Positions 17,535-25,000 of a DNA stretch of 48,260 nt are shown here, piece after piece; the stretch's first letter is position 1, and each line of letters begins with the position of its first letter. The notes beneath the pieces were generated by a model, which was not told where the DNA came from, did no database searches, and saw only the letters and a program-made list of their open reading frames with translations. The stretch is from NCBI GenBank assembly GCA_045634425.1, contig JAZRAF010000079.1, positions 1-48,260 on the forward strand, read 5' to 3'. The position numbers were made by a program, and so were the translations under genes. The DNA comes from Eubacteriales bacterium (GTDB lineage Bacteria > Bacillota > Clostridia > Oscillospirales > CAG-272).

Positions 17535-19049
17535 ATGAAGACAACTCTTAACAATTTCGGATTTAAGCACAAAAGCGGCATTCTTCTGCCCGTAAGTGCC
17601 CTGCCCTCAAGGTACGGCATCGGATCGTTTGGCAAGGCGGCGTACGACTTCGTCGACCTGCTTGCGGACACGGGAACAAAATGCTGGCAGGTGCTGCCGA
17701 TGAATCCCACCTCGCTTGGCGACAGCCCCTATCAATCCCCCTCGTCGGTTGCGGGCAACCCCTATTTTATCGACCTTGATATTCTTGGCAAAAAGGGCTT
17801 GCTTACAAAGGATGAGTTGAGTGCGGCAAGGGTTGGCGGCAAGCGAATTGATTACGGATACATATTCAACACCCGATACTCTATCCTGCGCAAGGCACAC
17901 GGAAGATTTATAGACAACGGGGGCGAGGAAAGCCCCGAGTACCGCACCTTCGTCTACAAGAATGCCGAATGGCTTGACGACTACGCGCTCTTTATGTCAC
18001 TTAAGGAAGAGCACGCATTTGCCGCCTGGTATACCTGGCCCGAGGAGCATAAAAGCATCGAAAACGCCAAAAAAGCGCGAAATAACTTCACACGGGTGGC
18101 ATCCTTTTGGAAATGGGTGCAGTTTGAGTTCGATTCACAGTGGCAGGCGCTGCACGCTTATGCTGTGGCACAGGGCATCCTGGTTATAGGTGATATGCCC
18201 ATCTACGTGGCGCACGACAGTATGGACGTTTGGCAATCTCCCGAGCAGTTTTTGCTTGATGAAAATTATAATCCCACCGTGGTTGCGGGATGTCCGCCCG
18301 ACGATTTCGCGCCCGACGGTCAGCTGTGGGGCAACCCGATATATAATTGGGAAGGAATGAAAAAGGACGGCTTTGGCTGGTGGTGTAAGCGCGTTAAGGC
18401 GGCTATGCGCCTTTACGATATTATACGCATCGACCACTTCCGCGGATTTGCAGGATTTTACAGTATTCCCTACGGTCACACCACGGCACGCGAGGGTCAG
18501 TGGAGCTCTGCGCCCGGCATCGAGCTTTTCAAGGCTATAAAGGAAAAATACCCTAAGGTAAAGATAATCGCAGAGGACCTCGGCTTTATCACCGACGACG
18601 TGCGTGCCCTGCTCTCCGAGACCGGCTTCCCCGGTATGAAGATGCTGCAGTTTGCCTTCTTCGACGACGAAAGCGAGTATCTGCCACGCAAGTACACCAC
18701 CGACAACTGTGTTGTATACACCTCATCGCACGACTCCGATTGCTCGCGCTCCTGGTGTGCTTCCCTTAAGGGTGAGGTGCGCCGCCGCTTTATGCGCGAG
18801 TGCCCGAGAAACAAAAATCAAAGTCGCACCGCCGACCTTATCGACCTTGCGATGAAGAGCCGCGCCAACCTTGCGGTAATTCCGATACAGGATTACCTCG
18901 AGCAGACCAACGCCGAGGGCAGAATAAACATCCCCTCGGTTGCCGACGGAAACTGGTGTTATCGCCTCTCAAATCGCTATAACAGCGTCAAATTGGCAGA
19001 AAAAATCGCATACGTTGCTAAAAAAAGCGGACGCGCAACCAAAAAATAA
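17535..19049 (+). CDS. malQ: 4-alpha-glucanotransferase (amylomaltase, GH77)
   Basis: WQVLP, SPY, GDMPIYV, GCPPDDF...GQLWGNP, RIDHFRG, AEDLG, HD, NW.YR. Confidence 0.95.
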   Translation: MKTTLNNFGFKHKSGILLPVSALPSRYGIGSFGKAAYDFVDLLADTGTKCWQVLPMNPTSLGDSPYQSPSSVAGNPYFIDLDILGKKGLLTKDELSAARVGGKRIDYGYIFNTRYSILRKAHGRFIDNGGEESPEYRTFVYKNAEWLDDYALFMSLKEEHAFAAWYTWPEEHKSIENAKKARNNFTRVASFWKWVQFEFDSQWQALHAYAVAQGILVIGDMPIYVAHDSMDVWQSPEQFLLDENYNPTVVAGCPPDDFAPDGQLWGNPIYNWEGMKKDGFGWWCKRVKAAMRLYDIIRIDHFRGFAGFYSIPYGHTTAREGQWSSAPGIELFKAIKEKYPKVKIIAEDLGFITDDVRALLSETGFPGMKMLQFAFFDDESEYLPRKYTTDNCVVYTSSHDSDCSRSWCASLKGEVRRRFMRECPRNKNQSRTADLIDLAMKSRANLAVIPIQDYLEQTNAEGRINIPSVADGNWCYRLSNRYNSVKLAEKIAYVAKKSGRATKK

Positions 19050-19054
19050 AACTC

Positions 19055-19088
19055 AAAGCCCCTCGTTTTCAGAGGGGCTTTTCTTATT
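19055..19088 (+). terminator. Rho-independent terminator after malQ
   Basis: AAAGCCCCTC-loop-GAGGGGCTTT followed by TCTTATTT. Confidence 0.85.
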
Positions 19089-19164
19089 TCCGCAAAGCTC
19101 CTTTGCGCCCTCGCGCACGCAAAATCAACTCCAAAATTTCGGAAAACTTTTTTCAAAAAAGGTG

Positions 19165-19193
19165 TTGACAAACGCGGAGAAGTCGTGTATAAT
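19165..19193 (+). promoter_or_regulatory. Sigma-A promoter upstream of the riboswitch and oadB
   Basis: Perfect TTGACA-17 nt-TATAAT. Confidence 0.85.
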
Positions 19194-19199
19194 ACTCTC

Positions 19200-19338
19200 G
19201 AAAAGGGAGTAGTTGGCGTGTCCTTACACGCTCGGCGAATCGTCAAAACAGTAGAGTTCCCACTCTGCTCGGTTAGCCGAAAGCATATAGCTTTTACAAG
19301 ACTTTTTGCACACAGGTGCAAAAGGTCTTTATTTTTTT
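19200..19338 (+). ncRNA. yybP-ykoY (Mn2+-sensing class) riboswitch with intrinsic terminator
   Basis: AAAAGGGAGTAG...P2 GGCGTGT/ACACGCT...CGTCAAAAC...P4 AGTAGAGT/ACTCTGCT...CAAGACTTTT four-way layout. The 3' P1 strand is shared with the terminator AAGACTTTTTGCAC/GTGCAAAAGGTCTT plus U-tract. Confidence 0.75.
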
Positions 19339-19381
19339 GCCTCAATAAAAAACAATATAAACAAAGAAAGGTACATCTATC

Positions 19382-20506
19382 ATGGAAGTATTCAAGACAC
19401 TCTTTGAGGGCGTATCCGCTTTCGCCGAGGGCGACAACTGGAAGATGATCATAATGTGGATCATCGGCGGTGTTCTTATCTACCTTGCTATCAAAAAGCA
19501 GATGGAGCCCACCCTTCTTCTGCCCATCGGATTCGGCGCGATCCTCATGAACTTTCCGAACGCGGGAATCGCAGAGCCTCTGCACACCCTGTATGAAGCA
19601 GGTATTGCAAACGAGCTTTTCCCCCTTATCCTCTTTATCGGCATCGGTGCGATGATCGACTTTGGTCCTCTGCTCTCCAACCCCAAGCTTATGATCTTCG
19701 GCGCGGCGGCACAGTTCGGTATCTTCTTCACCCTTTGTATGGCGTCGATCTTCTTCCCCGAGGCGAAGGACTTTGCATCTATCGCAATTATCGGTGCGGC
19801 GGACGGTCCTACCTCTATCGTCGTTGCGAACGCGCTCGGCTCTAACTACATAGGTGCGATAACCGTTGCAGCATACTCCTATATGGCGCTCGTGCCCATT
19901 ATTCAGCCCCCCGTTATCAAAATGCTTACCACCAAAAACGAGAGAAAGATACGTATGGCTTACAAGGCAAAGAGCGTTTCCAAGCTTACCCGCATCCTCT
20001 TCCCCATCGTTATCTCCGTTGTTGCTTGTATATTCGTACCCGGCGCAGGCTCGCTCATCGGATTCCTTATGTTCGGCAACCTCATTCGTGAGTGCGGCGT
20101 GCTTGAATCTATCTCCGAAACCGCGCAAAAGGTGCTTGCAAACCTCGTTACCCTCTTCCTTGGTATCACCATCGCGTTCAATATGACCGCTTCGCAGTTC
20201 CTTAACGTGAACACTCTTCTCATTATGGGACTTGGTCTTATCGCGTTTATCGTCGACACCGCAGGCGGCGTTCTTTTTGCAAAGCTTTACAACGTATTTG
20301 CAAGGATCTTTAAGTTCGACCTTATCAACCCCATGATCGGCGCGGCGGGTATCTCTGCATTCCCCATGTCCGGCAGAATCGTTCACAAAATGGCGCTCAA
20401 GGAAGACCCCGAAAACTTTATCCTTATGCACTCCATCGGCGTAAACGTATCCGGCCAGATCGCATCCGTAATCGCAGGCGCGCTCGTGCTTGGATTCTTC
20501 TCGTAA
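19382..20506 (+). CDS. oadB: Na+-translocating decarboxylase beta subunit (OadB/GcdB/MmdB family)
   Basis: MEPTLLLPIGFG, GIGAMIDFGPL, GAAAQFGIF, IIGAADGPTS, AAYSYMALVPIIQPP, NPMIGAAGISAFP. Confidence 0.92.
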   Translation: MEVFKTLFEGVSAFAEGDNWKMIIMWIIGGVLIYLAIKKQMEPTLLLPIGFGAILMNFPNAGIAEPLHTLYEAGIANELFPLILFIGIGAMIDFGPLLSNPKLMIFGAAAQFGIFFTLCMASIFFPEAKDFASIAIIGAADGPTSIVVANALGSNYIGAITVAAYSYMALVPIIQPPVIKMLTTKNERKIRMAYKAKSVSKLTRILFPIVISVVACIFVPGAGSLIGFLMFGNLIRECGVLESISETAQKVLANLVTLFLGITIAFNMTASQFLNVNTLLIMGLGLIAFIVDTAGGVLFAKLYNVFARIFKFDLINPMIGAAGISAFPMSGRIVHKMALKEDPENFILMHSIGVNVSGQIASVIAGALVLGFFS

Positions 20507-20519
20507 GGAGGTACACAAA

Positions 20520-20660
20520 ATGTATTTTGAACCTATCAAATTTGTAGAAAACCTTAAATATATGGGCATCGGAATGCTCGGCGTATTTCTTATCGTCGGC
20601 ATTATCATGGCCTCGGTCTATATGATCGGCTCTATGAAGATCGGCGAGAGCGAGGACTAA
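20520..20660 (+). CDS. Small single-TM OadG-like (decarboxylase gamma) subunit, 46 aa
   Basis: Not in the ORF track. AAGGAGGT RBS; MYFEPIKFVENLKYMGIGMLGVFLIVGIIMASVYMIGSMKIGESED has the GMxxVF TM pattern; directly follows oadB. Confidence 0.75.
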   Translation: MYFEPIKFVENLKYMGIGMLGVFLIVGIIMASVYMIGSMKIGESED

Positions 20661-20665
20661 ATAAA

Positions 20666-20707
20666 GAAAACCCCTTAGCGTTTTTTATCCGCTAAGGGGT
20701 GATTTTT
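20666..20707. terminator. Bidirectional terminator between oadB/G and the convergent lipoprotein gene
   Basis: ACCCCTTAGCG-loop-CGCTAAGGGGT flanked by A and T runs. Confidence 0.85.
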
Positions 20708-21864
20708 TAGTTCTTTTTAACGGGCTCGATGGCTTCGATCGCAGCAATCACGGGGGTAAAGGTAACGCTTATAGCCTCGGTGCTTGCAGTAACGGAAACG
20801 TCGATCATAAGAACGTCGCCGGCGGTTACCATAAGCTTGATCTTGCCGTCCTCAATGTCGGAAACGGAGTTAACGCTGTTAGAGTTTCTGGTGTTCTGCA
20901 TAGAGACGTAAGCAGAAGCGGTGCCAATCTCGATGTAGAAGAAGCCGCTCTCGGTAGCGGTGTAGGTGTAGTAAAGAGTGGTGCCCTTAGCGATAGGATC
21001 GGTCACAATAGCCTCACCAACGGTCTCGATAACGATGGGGTTGCCGTAGGTGCCGGGCGCGGACTTGATCTCAACTGTGATGGTGATCTCAGCCTCGGTG
21101 GTATTTGCGATAACGAGGGTCTCAGCGGAGTTGGTATCAGTACCAAGGAGTGCGAAATCGATCTTGCCGTTCGCATCTGCGGTGTACTCACACTCGCCGT
21201 AGGTTACCTTTGCGCCTGTCGCACCTGTTGCGCCGAAGTAGAGGTTAACCGCACGGTAGATGATGTAGTTGTAAGAGGTGCTTGCGGGAATGGTGATGCT
21301 ATTCTCGCCTGCGGAGATGATGTATGGCTTCTCGAGCGTGCCGTTGGGGTTGTTGTCGATAAGGAAAAGCTCAAGAGCTGTGGTCTCATCGGTAACGGTG
21401 ATAGTGCCTGTCTGGGTGAGGTAGTAGCCAAGAGCGTCGGTATCGTAGTCATAATATACGCTGTAGCTTCCTACGTATACCTTAGCGGTGATCTTGCCCT
21501 CTGCGTCACTTGCCGCGGTGGTAACGTTATATTCGTCGTTCTCTTCATTTGCAAGAATAACGGTAATACCTGCAAGCACGTCGCCCTCGTCATCCTTAAC
21601 GGTGAAGGTCACGTCAACCTGAGCAGGAGCCTTGGGAATAACTGCCGCGCCGCACTCGTCGCAAAGGTAGTCGCCGTCAGCATCGATATGCTCGGTGCAC
21701 TCGTCCTCGGCGGGCACGTCTGCGCCGCAGGTATCGCACTTTTCATCACCGTTAGCATCGGTGTGCTCGGTGCACTCATCGGGGGTTTCGCCACAAGCGG
21801 TTAAAGCAAAGCAGCCCACCGCAAGGGTAAGACAAAGAAGAATAAAAAGTATCTTTTTCATCAT
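20707..21864 (-). CDS. Surface lipoprotein with Cys/His/Asp repeats, a transthyretin-like domain and beta-sandwich modules
   Basis: Start moved to MMKKIL (AAAGGA RBS); lipobox LTAC; two CTEHxDxxGDxxCDxCG repeats; two GTxxxP modules. Confidence 0.8.
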   Translation of the reverse strand: MMKKILFILLCLTLAVGCFALTACGETPDECTEHTDANGDEKCDTCGADVPAEDECTEHIDADGDYLCDECGAAVIPKAPAQVDVTFTVKDDEGDVLAGITVILANEENDEYNVTTAASDAEGKITAKVYVGSYSVYYDYDTDALGYYLTQTGTITVTDETTALELFLIDNNPNGTLEKPYIISAGENSITIPASTSYNYIIYRAVNLYFGATGATGAKVTYGECEYTADANGKIDFALLGTDTNSAETLVIANTTEAEITITVEIKSAPGTYGNPIVIETVGEAIVTDPIAKGTTLYYTYTATESGFFYIEIGTASAYVSMQNTRNSNSVNSVSDIEDGKIKLMVTAGDVLMIDVSVTASTEAISVTFTPVIAAIEAIEPVKKN

Positions 21865-21901
21865 ATATTTTCCTTTCTTATTATCAACGTAATATACATA
21901 T

Positions 21902-21930
21902 ATCTTACCACATTTGCGCCGCTTTTGCAA
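21902..21930 (-). promoter_or_regulatory. Candidate sigma-A promoter for the 20707-21864 lipoprotein
   Basis: TTGCAA-17 nt-TAAGAT with TG extension. Confidence 0.5.
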
Positions 21931-21944
21931 GTGCTTTAGCGTTA

Positions 21945-21992
21945 AAAATAAAGAAAAGATAAAGCGCCACACCGCTGTTGCAGTGTGGCGCT
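21945..21992 (-). terminator. Terminator after the 1635-aa lipoprotein
   Basis: AGCGCCACAC/GTGTGGCGCT inverted repeat followed by TTATCTTTTCTTT on the minus strand. Confidence 0.8.
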
Positions 21993-22032
21993 CGTTTTGA
22001 TCAAGGCAAAATTTCCTTGAATTTAATTTTAA

Positions 22033-25000
22033 TTATGCCTGGAGAGTGAAGGTATCGTAAGCTGCGGTACCCCAGGTAATGCTGGTGGGAGCACCGGTCT
22101 CGTCGAACACAACGGTTACTGCGTTACCGTTAGAAACATTCGTAGCAGTTACGGTAGTGCCTGCCTCAACAGTACAGGTAGCAGTAGCGATGCTTGCATC
22201 CCAACCGCCGGACATATTGGAACGGGTAAGGGTTACAACGCCGGTGATGATGTCGATCTCAACCTTTATGCTTCTACCGTTAGAATGCTTAGCAGATATG
22301 TAAGTCACAACGGAAGTCTCGCCACCTTCGGAGCCGCCCTCGCCGCCTTCAGATCCGCCCTCGTCGGGAGTGGTGGGAGTAGCTACTGTGATGGTGTAGG
22401 TACCCTCTTTGCTGCCCCAAGGATTGATGGTAACAGTCTCACCCGCCTTAACGGTCAGAGTGTAAAGAAGGTTTGCAGAGTCCTTGTTCCAGTTGCCGCC
22501 GGTGATAGATACATAGTTGCCTGCATTGTAGGTGATGATCATATCTATATCGTTGGTTGCAGTGAACTTGTAGTAAAGGTCGTGCTCGCCGGTAACGGGA
22601 ATCTCGACAGGAAGATTCTCTTCGCCAACGATGTAAGGATCATTTTGCTTACCGGAGCCTGCGATATCGCTTTCATCGCCACCCTCGGGAGCAGCTACTG
22701 CGATAACGTAAGTTCCTGCCTTGCTACCCCAAGGATTGATGGTGATGGTCTCACCTGCCTTAAGAGTTACGGTATAAATGCAGTTTGCGGAATCCTTTTC
22801 CCAGTATCCACCGGTGATGGATACGTAGTTACCGGAGGTGTAGGATACGGTTATAACCATAGCCTCAGTCGCGGTAAACTTGTAGTAAAGGTCGTGCTCG
22901 CCTGCAACGGGGATCTCGATAGGAAGATCCGCTGCGCCAACGATGTAAGGATCGTCAGTAGTACCCGAGCCGGTCATGCCGCTCTCGGAGCCGCCCTCGG
23001 AGCCACCCTCGCCGCCTGCTGCGGGAGCGGTGTAAGCAACGTCAATAGTTACCTTGATTGCCTGGCCGGTGGGAGATGCGATCTGGATAGTAACTGCCTT
23101 AGCAACTACGAGATCAACGGTAGTGGTGGTCGCGGTAAGGACAGTGCCGTTTACTGCGAATACGATGTTACCTCTTGCGATTACCATTGCAAGAGCTGCT
23201 GCGGGAACCTCTTCCCAAGCCTGGGTCTCAGCATTGTACATGCTTGCGCCCTTGATGGTTACGGTAAGAGTGCCCTCTTCCTCTGCGATGTAGGAGTAGT
23301 TTGCGCCGTCCTGGTCATTCTCCTCAACCTCTACCTCGGTCTCGCCTGCGTAGATGGAGCTGTAAATGCCCTCAACGGAGATAGCGTAGTAGCCCTCGCC
23401 GCTTACAAGAGTGATCTTACCAAGTGCGGGAGCACCTGCGGTAGGAGTGGGAACGATGGTGATGGTGCCATCCTCACCAACGGTGAGTGCACCGGTGTAG
23501 GTGTGAACGAAGAGCTCGCTCCAGGTAACCATAGAGTAGTAGCTACGAGTGATGGTACCGTCAGCGCTGATGTTAAGGCTGGAGTCATCCTTGAGGTAGT
23601 AGTCGCCTGCAACAAGGCCGAACCAGTCAGCCTCGGTAAGCTCGCCTGCCTCGAATGCTACGGTCATAGTATCAGTCTGAGCATCGTCTGCGTATGCGGT
23701 AAGAGTGTAGGAAGTACCTGCGATAACGGTGATGCTTGCGCCGGAGGTGATCTCCTTATCGTTTACGTTAACAACGATGTTAGCGTTAGCGAAGGTAATG
23801 GTTACCTTACCGGTTGCGGTTGCGGTAAAGGTGTAGTAGTAGGTGGTGTAGTTGCCGGGGAGATTAACGTTAAGAGTAGTGGGAACGGTAATAGCCTCGG
23901 GGTTCTGGTAAGTGCCCTCGGGATATGCAACGGAAACGGTAAGGGTTACGTTGCCTGCCGCGGTGGGCTTAATGATGATGGTGTAGTTTCTGTAGCTCTC
24001 GAAGTTTGCGGTAGCGGAGCCGGTGCCGCTTGCCATAAGCTCGCCAAGAGAGTTGTAGATAGCGATCTCAGCGCCGGCAAGAGTGAAGGTGTGAGCGCCT
24101 GCATCCCAGCAGTTCAATACGCAGGTAACGCCTGCTGCAAGCTGGCCGGGAAGAACGGTGATCTCGTTGTCACCAACGAAAAGACCAACGGTGGGATAAA
24201 CGATCTTATCCTCGTCATCGGTGAACTCAACGGTGTAAGTACCGGTGGTAAGAGAACCAACGAAGAAGGTAAGCTTCTGACCTGCGGTAAGCTCGATGCT
24301 GAATGCCGCGCCGGTCTCGTTGGAGTAGTAGTCAACCTCTGCATCGCCCCAAGAGTCCATAGAATTCTGGGTGTAAAGACCAAGACCTGCGGGAAGAGTG
24401 AAGGTGTAGGTGCCTGCTACGGGAGCGGTGAAGGTGTACTCATCGATCCAGGAGTAGGTGTCGGTAACCTTAACGGTGAAGTTGCCGTCTGCGGTCTCGG
24501 GCTTGATGTCGTTGGTGTTCTGCTCGGGCTCATCGCCGCCGGGCTGGTCGCCACCCTCGGAACCGCCGGGAGTAGTGGTAAGCTCGTAAACGGTACCGCC
24601 GTTGCATACGAAGGTTGCGGGTATGCCGTTAGAATCAAATGTAAGGTAACCAAAGTATGCAGCCATCATGTTATCTGCAGTGTACTCAAATCCACCGTTG
24701 TAGGTGTAGGTTACAACACCGTCGTTGATTACGTAAGTGTAAACGTAAGGTACTACGGTAAACGTCATAGTGCCGTCGTCCTTAATAACGAGAACCTCGT
24801 TGCCGGAGTAGTAGGTGCCAACGATGTTGCCGATAGCACCGGACTCACCGCCCTCGTCGCCGCCGGGCTGGTCGCCACCCTCGTTGTCGGGAATGTCAGC
24901 TGCCGCGTAAGCGATGGTAACCTCGTACTTGTTGGTGTCGCCTGCTGCGAAATAGATCTTAACGCTTTCGCCGGCGTTAAGTCCTACGGTGAATACGCCG

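Noticed and set aside
18977-20608. 543-aa minus-strand ORF across oadB and its leader
   Set aside because: Antisense shadow that crosses a promoter, riboswitch and terminator all oriented on the plus strand.
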